Assembly: GCF_009914755.1 (NCBI RefSeq)
Contig: NC_060926.1
From: the human T2T-CHM13v2.0 reference genome, Homo sapiens
Reading direction: 5' to 3' (one strand)
Length of the DNA stretch: 64,000 bases
The notes under the pieces are model-generated. The model saw nothing but the letters and a program-made list of their open reading frames with translations. It ran no database searches and was not told the origin of the DNA. A program made the translations under genes and the position numbers. Positions 20,807-41,550 of the stretch are shown here, in pieces (positions within the stretch are counted from its first letter, which is position 1; the number at the start of each line of letters is the position of its first letter).

Positions 20807-22531
20807 TCAGTATTTGTTCACTTATATTGGGCATAAGATAATTCCTGCTGTTTGTTGCAGATCTTGGCATACTGCCTGATTGTCCTGCATGGGAATCTTG
20901 GACTGCTACTACAGCAATTTCATGACTGTGTTTCTTCTATTTTTGTTTTTACCACGTTAGTTATATCATGCAGTACTTGAAACGAAGGTGGAGTCTGTCA
21001 CTCTGTCAGCCTGCAGTTTAAAAAGTTAGATGATGCATTAAAAAATCAACAAATTTTGCCAGGAAGGCAGTGTGTGCCTGTGGTCCTAACTTCTCGGAAG
21101 ACTGAGTCAGGAGGATTGCTTGAGCCTAGCAGTTTGAATCCAGTCTGGGCAACATAGTGAGACCCTTTGTCTTAAAAAAAATCAACACATTTTAAAAGTA
21201 TTTCAAGATTTGTATTTGCCATATTTCCAAGCTAGTATTATTTATTTAGAGTTTCCTATTGCGGGTGAAATTCTCTTGTCTTTTGCTGTTTGCAGTAACT
21301 TGAGTCTTTTTTCATCTCTTCAGATAATCTACTTATATTCATGCCAAGTTTTCTAGTTTTCCTATTGCTTCCTCTAATTTTCAAATAGAGTATATACAAT
21401 ATTGAGCATAGTTTCTCATTAGTCTGTTCACAGTCACTAAACTAATCCTCAAATGTATTTGATTCTATCACTTTCCAAAATTTGCCTTTGCTGGTTCATA
21501 ATATAGTTACCTAACTTCCCCAGCTCTGCCCTCGCTCATGAACTGTATTTCTCTACATTACCCCCACACTGCATTGGCATTCTGAGTCATCGGGGATTAG
21601 GTATCCTTCCTGCTATTAACTACATAATATTTAAACTTCCCCACTTGCCCATCTCCTTTATTTCGTATTCAAACACCACATGAATTAAACTAACGTTGGT
21701 TGCTTTTAACCTGTAATTCCTGACTGCAACAGGTAGTTAGTTGCCACCTCTTGAAATGAACAGATTTGACTAGAAGCTGACACTTCTTACTCCCGCTGAA
21801 CTTAGTATTTTACATTTATATAAATTCAAAAAGCAAAATCATACCTTTCTTATCAATGGGCCCTCTTTGTCCATTGATAACATAATATTGCAATATAAAC
21901 AAAAAGTATTTGTACCATACCTCAGAAAACAAATTAGATTACTATTAGTGCAAAACAGGGGAAAAGTAGAAAAATGTTATTGTAAAGAGACTATCACCCA
22001 CTTCAAGGGATTTATCAGGTAACTGCCTGTGTAAGTTACAAAGACAATGCTAATCTATAACTAGTGTATACCTAGATGAGCCGCCAGGACATTTGTCTAA
22101 TGGCAGATGGGGTAATTGGACTCCACATCTTCAACTTAGGCACATGGAAAACAGCATCCCTAAAAGTTGCCTGGGGATGACCAGTACTGAGCCAACCAGC
22201 TTAGTGGAACTGTTACGAGAGAGAAACTTCAGAGCCAAGGAATTTCTTGGCAGAGCCTCACATTCTGCCTTAGAATCATGAAAAGTTAGATCTAGAAGGT
22301 AACAGAGATCATTTAATCCACTGCCCTTATTTTACGGTGAAAAACTGAAGGCCAGAGAAGTTAAGGAGTTTGCCTAAGGTCTCACACTCGTAGTTAGTGA
22401 CAGATTCAGAGCTAGAACTAGATCATCCTGACTGCATTTCAGTAGTCTTAGAGCTGGCCGACAAATCTGACAACTCACATTGAACCCATGTTCCAAAAGG
22501 TATTTTATATTGAGCTTATGAACACCGCTTT

Positions 22532-22830
22532 TTAAATTTATGTTATTTATTTATTTATTTATTTATTATATTTTAAGATCTGGGATACATGTGCAGAACA
22601 TGCAGGTTTGTTACATAGGTATACATGTGCCATGGTGGCTTGCTGCACCCATCAATCTGCCATCCTGTTTTAAGCCCCACATTCATTAGGTATTTGTCCT
22701 AATGCTCTCCCTCCTGTTGCCCCCCATCCCTTGACAGGCCCCCGTGTGTGATGTTCCCCTCTCTGCGTCCATGTGTTCTCATTGTTCACCTCCCACTTTT
22801 GAGTGAGAACATGCGGTGTTTGGTTTTCTG
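22532..22830 (-). mobile_element. 5'-truncated L1PA 3' end
   Basis: GGATACATGTGCAGAACATGCAGG...; TSD TATGAACACC(G/C)CTTT at 22517 and 22831. Confidence 0.92.
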
Positions 22831-23129
22831 TATGAACACCCCTTTCACAGAAAATTAGGCAAACAGGTTGGAATATTTAGAATAGAAAACATTTATTATA
22901 AAGTCACAAGAAATACCTGTGTAGACTTGCTGACTGGAAGTATTTGGCTTCCGTAAGACAAAGAAGAGTCTTAGTCATCTGGTTAAAGTTAAAAACGATT
23001 GTGTCACCAGGCTGAAAGCAGACATGCTGTGGAAGCAGTAGGCTGAAATTAGAACTGAATACAAGAGTTTAGAGAAAATTGAATTTGGAGCTATCTCACA
23101 ACACTGGGAGTTATTCTGTTTTTGTTTGC

Positions 23130-24560
23130 TTTTAATAGGCACACAAAAAAGAATAGTGACTACAATGAACTCCTTGTGTAGCCCCACCAGACCCCATTTT
23201 CTTCCCTCCCCACTGAATTTGGTGCTTATATTTCCATACCTATTCATGTGGTTTTCCTATAGGTAAATGTATCCCTAAGTGATGTTTAGCATTATTTTCA
23301 TATTTTAAGCTACATAAATGCTATCATATTGTATATATGTGTCTACAACTTGCATTTTTTTTTTTGCTTAATACTACATTTTTGAGATTTATCCTATTGA
23401 TAAATAGGATTTCTCTAACTAATTTATTTTATTTTTTGGAGATGAGGTCCCGCTATGTTACCCAGGCTGGAATGCAGTGGCAGTTCACAGGCACAATCAT
23501 AGCACAATGTGGCCTTGAACTCCTGGACACAAGTGACCTCTTGCCTCAGGCTCCTGAGTAGCTGGGGACTACAGGCCCCAGCCACTGCACCAGGCCAGCT
23601 AATTCATTTTAACTGCTTTATGGTGTTCCATTGTATGAATGTTTCAACATTTAGCTAATCTCCTATTGATTGACATCTAGTGAGTTTCCAGTTTTTTGAT
23701 TTGCTTTGTTTCATTTGCTGTTTTATTTTAATGTTGCTACTGTAAACATGTTTATAAAACTGGTGCATGTGTGAAAGAGTTTGTCTAGTAACATTTACAA
23801 GGTCTCAGTGTGTGTGTGCAAATCTTGAATTTAGCAAGAAGATCTCAAAATAGCAGGTTATGAGACTAACACAAGGACTGTGTATTTTTAGAGTTTTAAT
23901 TTTTTGTGAATCTGAAGAGTGTAAAATACTGTTGCCTTCTGGTTTTAATTTCTCTGATTCCTTGTGGGGCTGAGTACCTTTCCATGTGTTCACAGACAAT
24001 TTGGATCTCCTCTTCTCCCTAGCTCACTTTTCAGATGAGCTGCTGAACTTTTTATTGTTCATTCTGAAAAATGTTCTATAGTCATTATGTAAATCCTTAT
24101 TATATGCATTGCCAATATCTTCTCCTAATCTGGAGCTTGACTTTTCACTTTTATAATGATATATTTTCATGAACATATTTATCAATCTTTTATTTTTTAT
24201 TTATACTTATTATTTCTTTAAAACATCATTTTTTCACTCTAAGGTCATAAGATATTCCCCAATATTTTTCTTTAGTTTTTTTAAAGTTTTATTTTTTTAC
24301 AATCTTCAAGTCTTTTATGTGCCAGGAATTAACTTGTGTGTAGTGTGAGGTCAGGAGCTAGTTTTATTTTTTTCTACATCGACAAGCAATTGTTTAGAAA
24401 CCATTAATTGAATATTACATTTCTTCCCCACAGTTGGGTAATGGCACTTTCATCATATATCCTGGACTCTCTATCAGTCAGGTTATTATTCCTGTGCCTT
24501 ATTATACCATATTAACTACTATATCTTTATGGTAAGTCTCAATATCTGGAAAGCCCCTAT
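23130..24560 (-). mobile_element. Ancient L1ME-type fragment
   Basis: T-rich degenerate L1 3' motifs (GTTCCATTGTATGAAT, TAGTGTGAGGT...AGTTTTATTTTTT). Confidence 0.65.
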
Positions 24561-24659
24561 TTGTCAAGTGGATGCAATGGGAGCTAGATGGATTTGCACT
24601 ATCCTTCTTGAATACCATCCAAGAGGTATGAATACTGTGGGGAAGGAAACCCAGAAGGA

Positions 24660-25290
24660 TGTTATCTTAGCCCTTTTGTGTTGCTATAAAGGAATACTTG
24701 AGGCTGTGTAATTTATAAAGAAAAGAGGATTATTTGGCTCACAGTTCTGCAGGCCTTATAAGAAGCATGATCCAGCCTGACCAACATGGTGAAACCCTGT
24801 CTCTACTAAAAATACAAAAATTAGCCGGGCATGGTGGTGCGCCTGTAGTCCCAGCTACTCAGGAGGCTGTGGCAAGAGAACTGCTTGAACCTGGGAGGTG
24901 GAATTTGCTGAACCAAAATCATGCCACTGCACTCCAGCCTGGGTGACAGAATCTCAGGGAAAAAAAAAAAAAAAAGCATGATGCCAGCATCTGCTTCTGG
25001 CAAGGGCTTCTGGCTGTTTCCACCAGTGGCAGAAGGGTAAGGGGAACTGGCAGATTCAGAGATCATATGGTGAGAGGGGTGGCAAGAAGTGGGAGGAGGT
25101 TCCAGGCTGTTTTTAGTGACCAGCTTTCCTGGGAACTAATAGAGTGAGAACTCAGTACCACAAGGACAGCACCAAGCCATTCATGAGGCACCTGCCCCAT
25201 GACTGAGCAAAACACCTTCCATTAGGCCCCACCTCTAACATGGGGGACCACATTTTAACATGAGGTTTAGGGGGACATGAAAACTATATC
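24660..25290 (-). mobile_element. MST-type MaLR LTR with a 5'-truncated Alu inserted (24770-24975)
   Basis: GTTGCTATAAAGGAATACTTGAGGCTG...GGCCCCACCTCTAACA...AAACTATATC. Alu TSD AAGCATGAT(G)CCAGC. Confidence 0.85.
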
Positions 25291-25559
25291 GGAGACTATG
25301 GGGTCAGTCATTGTTGCAGTAGCTGAGTGGGGAAATGGGAATCCTGGAACTGGAGATCAGTGTCCCACATCAAGGAACTGTGCTCTGTGGAGACCTGTGG
25401 GCCCTCTAAGAACTCACATGTGTGTCTCCTGAGAGACATCCAGGCCTTGGATACCTGACCACAAAGGGCCTCTTGTGGTCCTTCAGTGTTATTAAGTAGA
25501 ACAACAGCAACCAGCAGAGGACTCCAGTTGCTTCCAGTGAAGTAAAAAGTCACTTTCTC

Positions 25560-26430
<871 letters not shown>

Positions 26431-28361
26431 TAAAACTGCTTTAAAAAATAGTCTATTTATTTAGAAACAGGGTCTTGCTCTGTCACCCAGGCTGGAGTAC
26501 TCTGACACAACAATAGCTCACTGCAGCTTCAAACTCCTGGGCTCAAGTGATGCTCCTGCCTCAGCCTCCTGATAGCTAGGATTACAGACATATGCCACCA
26601 TGCCCAGCTATTATTTAATTTTTTGTACAGACCAAGACTGGGTCTTGCCATGTTGCCCAGGCTGGTCTCAAACTGCTGGGCTCAAGTGATCCTCCCACCT
26701 CGGCCTCACAGCACACTGCTGCAAATTCCATGAGATGGGTGAAAAACTATGAGTTCCCAACATGTGAGAAGGGGGAAACCTGCCTCTGAACACACATCTC
26801 CACTGGGGAACCTCAAAACCCAGATTATGGAAGAAGGATTTAACCTTGCCTAGAGCTGAAATGGATTTAGTATAAAATATAAAAGTAGAAATAGTAGCAG
26901 GAAGAGCCTTGTAGGCGCTCCCATTCTCCAGCTTGGGCCAGGGAAGCCATCCCTGACTGTATCTCACCGAGGCCATTGAGGAAGACAGTTGGCAGAATTT
27001 GGGCAGGGTCGCAGGGTGAAATAAGCTTCCAACTGAACTGTGTAATAATTTTGACTGGGCGCAAACTCTGTCGAGCAGAAATCGGGGGTGAAAGTGAACT
27101 GCTGCAGAAAGGAGCATAGGAGCCACAGCTGACAGTGTGGGCAGACAGGGAGGGGCAAGGCCTGAAAGCCATGCTTGCTTTCTTAGTGGGGAAACTTATA
27201 CCCTGGGGCTAGGTCTGAGTCCTGCACACCAGCTGCCTGGAGATAAACTGTGCTGTTAGCGGGGCACAGTGGGAGTGAAACTGGCCTTGCCAACTGTGTG
27301 GTAGCTGGGTGAGCCCTGTGGCTACTTACTTTCCCCCACTTCCCTGGTGACAGAGGCGCCATAATCCACACTGGAACATAACCCCATTTGCCTGAGAATC
27401 AGCCCCCTATCCCCCACAGTGGCTGTGGCAAAAAGAGTCTGAGCTCAGACCTGCCTAATCCTGCCCCAACCTGATGGTATTTCCCTACCCATCCCAGTGC
27501 CCAGTCACAAAAGACAAACTCTTGGGAGCTTTATGGCCCTACTTATCACATGAGAAACCTGAACACTTATCCTGACCAACTTAGGGCAAGCTTATATCCC
27601 CCTTCTACTATCACAGCTGGTGCTCTCCTGAACATACCACCTCCTGGCTGGAGGCCAACCAACTCAAGATATGACAGCAACTCATGACAAAATAACACTG
27701 CTCCAAGGAAGGAAAAAACAGCTAACTCCACTATCTGCAACATCCTGGCTAAACAGAGGTCCTGTCCATGTGGCAACATCACTGCTATCATAACCAGCAT
27801 TTGAGAAAGCCAGCACACTAAACATCTACAACCAAGGCTTCTCATAGAGTCTATGTCACTACCCTGCCACCTCCCCCAGAGGAGGTGCTGGTATCCATAG
27901 CTGGGAGACCTGAAGATGGATTACATCACAACACTCTTTGCAGACACTCCCCAGCATGATCCTGGAGCTTGGAAGCCCCACTGGATGCCTAGACCCAGAA
28001 AAGCAATAACAATCACCACAGTCTGGCTCTCAGAAAGCCCCATCCCTAAGGAAAGGGGGAGTGCACCACATCACGGGATCACCCTGTGAGACAAAAGAAT
28101 CTGAACAGCAGCCCTTGAGTTCCAGATTTTTCCACTAAAATAGTCTACCCAATAAGAAGAAATCAAAAACATAATTCAGGTAATATGACAAAACAAGGTT
28201 CTATAACACCCACAAAAGACCACACTAGCTTCCTAGCAATGGATCCAAACCCAGAAGGAATCTCTGAATTGCCACATAAAGAAGTCAGAAGGTTGATTAT
28301 TAAGCTACTGAAGGAGATACTAGAGAAAGGTGAAAACCAACTTAAAGAAATGTAAAAATCA

Positions 28362-34897
<6,536 letters not shown>

Positions 34898-35394
34898 TCA
34901 TCCAACAAAGGACTAATACCCAGAATCTACCAGGAACTCAAACAAATCAGCAAAAAAAAAAAATCCCATCAAAAAGTGGGCTAAGGACATGAATACACAA
35001 TTCTCAAAAGAAGATATACAAATGTCCAACAAACATGAAAAAAATGCTCAACATCACTAATTATCAGGGAAATGCAAATCAAAACCACAATGCAATACCA
35101 CCTTACTCCTGCAAGAATGGCCATAATTTAAATATCAAAATATAATAGATGTTGATGTGGATGTGGTGAAAAAGGAACACTTTCACACTGCTGGTGGGAA
35201 TGTAGTACAAACACTATGGAAAACAGTATGGAGAATCCTTTGAGAACTAAAAGTAGAATTACCATTTGATGCAGCAGTCCCACTAATGGGTATCTACCCA
35301 AAGGAAAAGAAGTCATTGTATGAAACAGACTTACACACATATGTGCATAGCAATACAATTTGCAATTGCAAAAATAAGGAACCAGCCTAACCCT

Positions 35395-37780
<2,386 letters not shown>

Positions 37781-39301
37781 GAGTTTTGTGGGTTTTTTGT
37801 TTGTTTTTTTTTAGACAAGGTGTCATTCTGTTACCTGGACTGGGGTGCAATGGTGCAATTTTGGCTCGCTGCAGTCTCCACTTCCCTAAGGCCACAAGAT
37901 TTGAAGTTAGGATAATACATGTTACACTGTTAACTTTTAGCAAACTTTACTTTTGTTGAAAACCATGTAAGTTTGGGATTTTTAATTATCCTTTGCTATT
38001 ACTAAGACCTCTTTAGTCCAAATCAACTTGGAATTAGTATAGATGGTTCCTTCCTGGTTCTGTAAGTACTTTAAGGCTTGGCTGAGTGCAGAGCTCACAC
38101 GTTTGAGCAGACTGATTATTAGGCAATTTTCCTAACTCTATTTCTACGAGAGTTTCCCTATCAATTACTGAATACTCGTTGTGTCTTTTTCCCTCAATCA
38201 GCCAGGAGAAACCATCCATCATCCTGTCCTGAAGGGAGTTCCTCCTAGGTCTGGTCGGACCTTTGTATGGTAGTTAATTAAGATTTAGATCCCCTGTTAG
38301 GAAACCTGCAGGGTTAAGGGAATTATCAGTGGTTAATGTTAAATCATATTTTTCTAACAGAATGGCCTCATATGTTAATATTCTTAAGTCAGTAAGCTGC
38401 CTTTTTGCTTTTTTGACTTAGGATAGTTCTGACCTGGTGAGGTGTGCTCACAATGAGGTTTCCTCTAAAAGTTATTTTTGTACTTTCTTCAGTTAGCAAA
38501 GCAGTTGCTGCTACAGATTGAATGCATTTGGGCCATCCCCGGGTTACTGGGTTAAGGATTTTTGATAGGAAGGCTACTGGTTGTCAGTGGCCTCCGTGCT
38601 TTTGGGATATGCCCTTGTTTACACTGACAACAAGATGGAATAGCTACTTGAGGGTAAATCTAGGACAGGGGCAGTTACTAATAGATGTTTTAACCTTTCC
38701 ACCTGTTGGATTTCTGGTAATTGCCAAATGAGGAGGGGGTTTTGCCCATCTTGCGTGAGCTTTTTGTATAAGGGTTTTGTTTTTAGGGCATAAGAGGCTA
38801 TCCATAGATGACAGTATCTGACTTATCTTAAAGTTTTCTAAGTTCTTGTTTGGTCTCCGGCAGAGGCAAGGATATGATACTTTCAGTCCATTCAAGCTCA
38901 ATTTGCCATTTACCTTTGCTAATTAAATGACTTGTTCTAATATTTGACTAAATAAATTTGAAGACTTCGTAAACCCTTGAGGTAAGACTGTCTATCTGTA
39001 TTGCTATTTTCAATCAGAGTGAGGGTCTTCTCACTCAAAGGCAAATAGGTCCTGGCTGTCTTCCGTGAACGGACAAACCCAGAAGGCATCTTTTAAATCT
39101 ATTACCATAACAACAGGGTGGGTAGTTTGGACTTGATTAATAGCTCTAAGGTCTTGCACTAACTGGTGTGACCCGTCTGGCTTCTTTACAGGCAGTATTG
39201 GAGTTTTATAGGGTCACGGAGAAGACTTTCAATTATAGGTTTTACATTTACCCTGGCTTTTAAAGGAATAGGGTACATTGCTTTCTCTTTACTACTTCTA
39301 G

Positions 39302-39333
<32 letters not shown>

Positions 39334-39360
39334 CTCTGTCTCTTTCTCTCTCTGACTCTC
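39302..39360. repeat. (CT)n microsatellite within HERV-I
   Basis: Seen directly. Confidence 0.9.
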
Positions 39361-39481
39361 TTAAGTTTTTTTTTTTTTATCCTTCTAATATTTTAACATT
39401 AGTCCTGGGGGATTATTGGGGGAATATTATTGTTGCTAGCTTTATTTCTTTTATCCTGTACCTTACTTGGGGTATTTCCCA

Positions 39482-39740
39482 TTTTTGGGGTGAGGCTCAA
39501 TTTCCCTTACCAGAAATATCTCACCTTTTGGAGGGAGGCTCAATTTCCCTTACTGGCAATGTCTCACCTTTTGGGGTGAGGCTCAATTTCCCTCACTGGA
39601 AATGTCTTGCCTTTTAGGGTGAGGCTCAATTTCCCCTACTGGAAATGTCTCACCTTTTGGGGTGAGGCTCAATTTCCCTCACTGGAAATGTCTCACCTTT
39701 TGGGGCGAGGCTCGATTTCCCTTACCGGAAATATCTTGCC
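39482..39740. repeat. Minisatellite, 6 x 43 bp (CTTTTGGGGTGAGGCTCAATTTCCCTCACTGGAAATGTCTCAC)
   Basis: GAGGCTC recurs at 39492, 39535, 39578, 39621, 39664 and 39707. Confidence 0.95.
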
Positions 39741-39764
39741 TCTTTTTAATCCCCAAGATACCCC

Positions 39765-39965
39765 GACCAAGGAATACTTCACTGCCCCCTGTGGTTTTTC
39801 TTTCCTTAGTCCCGGCTAAGGAATGCTTTACCACCCCTACGGCTTCTTTTTCCTTGGTATGTCCCAACCAAGGAATGTTTCACTGCCCCTGCAGTTTTTC
39901 TTTCCTTAGTCCCTACCACCAAAGGAATACTTTACCAGCTCCTCCGCTGTTTCCTTCTTTGGCTT
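39765..39965. repeat. Degenerate ~50-bp tandem repeat, 4 copies, in the HERV-I leader
   Basis: AAGGAAT...TTTCCTT unit recurs at ~39769, 39819, 39870 and 39922. Confidence 0.75.
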
Positions 39966-40188
39966 GTGCGTGATGTTGTCTGGTCCACGTGGTATGTAAG
40001 GATCCTTTACCCCAGGTCACCGGCCAGTTTCTTTCCACATTGCTGAGAGTCTGGGTTTATTCATCACACCAGGTAGGTCTCGGTTCCTCACCCCTGAGGC
40101 TGCCGAAATGAGGCGGCGGGGCACCTCCTTACAAGAGAGGACTGGAGACCGCCCAGAGGAGAGTGGGTCCCTGCATGGGCCACCAAAC

Positions 40189-40734
40189 TGTTAGAAATGC
40201 AAAATGCTTGTTCCCTGGTGCTGCAAAGAAATAGCACTCAAACATACATTTAATTTTCTCAGCAAGGCAATTTTTACTTTCTGCAGAAAGGGTGCTCCTC
40301 ACAGATGGAACAATGGTGAGATCATACCAGGACAGGGGAGGGGCAGGAGTTCTTATTCCTGACGCTAGTAGCCCCTACTGCTGTGTTGTTGCCCTAATGG
40401 CTAGGATTGGACCGCACAGTCTAAGCTAATTCTGATTGGCTATGTTAAAAAGAGCAGGAGTATGAGCTGGAGTGGTGAGGTGAGTAGTTTGGTGGGAAGG
40501 GCAGTTAGGAACAGGTAACTAAAGGTGACTTAGGTCAGAGCAGGTGACCACCAAGGGAACAGCTGTGAACTACTGATTTGGACTGGCGGGAAAGTTGTTT
40601 ACTGAAACTAGAGGCAAGGAGTTGAAGAGAACTAGGAAGTTAAACTTTAAAATGAAGAATCAAAGAATAAGAGAGCTGGACATACTGACATACTGATTCT
40701 TTGAAGAGAAACTTAGGGTTCACTATATTTAACA
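40189..40734 (-). mobile_element. LTR10 (LTR10A-like) 5' LTR of the HERV-I element
   Basis: Minus strand TGTTAAATATAGTGAACCCTAAGTTTCTCTTCAAAGAATCAGTATGTCAGTATG...TTTCTAACA, immediately followed by the Ile PBS. Confidence 0.88.
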
Positions 40735-40967
40735 GGAGGCCGAGACAGGAGGATCGCGTGAGCCCAGGAGTTTGAGACCAGCATGGGCAAAATAGTAAAA
40801 CCCCATCTTATTAAAAAAAATTTTTTTTTTTGAAATGGGGTCTCTCTCTGTTGCCTGGGCTGGAGTGCATTGGTGCTATCTCCACTCCCTCAACCTCTCA
40901 GCCAATCCTCCCACCTCAGCTTCATGAGTAGCTGGGACTACAGGCGTGCACCACCCTGCCCAGCTAA

Positions 40968-41102
<135 letters not shown>

Positions 41103-41307
41103 TAAAAAAAATTTTTTTTAATATGTGGAAAGCAGACACGAGTAGAAGCCAGCACAACTAGCTAACTTCCCCTAGTGATAGAGGCAGGAGACAGGCAAAT
41201 GCCATCTATGTCATTATATATAGGGAGCTTGCCTAAACATGCCCACAGTGGAAAATTCCATCCCTTAACACATGCACAGTAAGAGAAATAAATCAATGCA
41301 GAGTGGC

Positions 41308-41519
41308 CATTTCCTTTATTGCCTTCTGAACATTTACCTTTCTAGTGTCCTTTCTTTTTGCATCTCGCACATTAATCTCTAGCCTCATCCGGCTCTTGAA
41401 TCCTTGCCTAACTTGACTTCTTTCACATCTACATCCACATCCATGTCCTCTCACGGTGCTAATTTTTCTTTTTATGAGAGCTGTTGCTAACAGATTGGCT
41501 TTTTTTTCTTAAGTCTTTA

Positions 41520-41550
<31 letters not shown>

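Larger units (their letters stand above)
37887..40188 (-). mobile_element. HERV-I family (HERVIP10-type) internal fragment: leader, RT and RNase H remnants; 3' part and 3' LTR missing
   Basis: PBS TGGTGGCCCATGCAGGGA resembles tRNA-Ile (~40169-40186). RT remnants KPDGSHQLVQDLRAINQ, IDLKDAFW, LPQGF (~38950-39200). RNase H remnant IEGKRHNEYSVIDRETLVEIELGKLPNNQSAQTCEL (38034-38222). Confidence 0.9.

Noticed and set aside
39482-39740. 43-bp repeat array as a CRISPR array
   Set aside because: Units are head-to-tail with no unique spacers, there are no cas genes, and it lies inside a human ERV.
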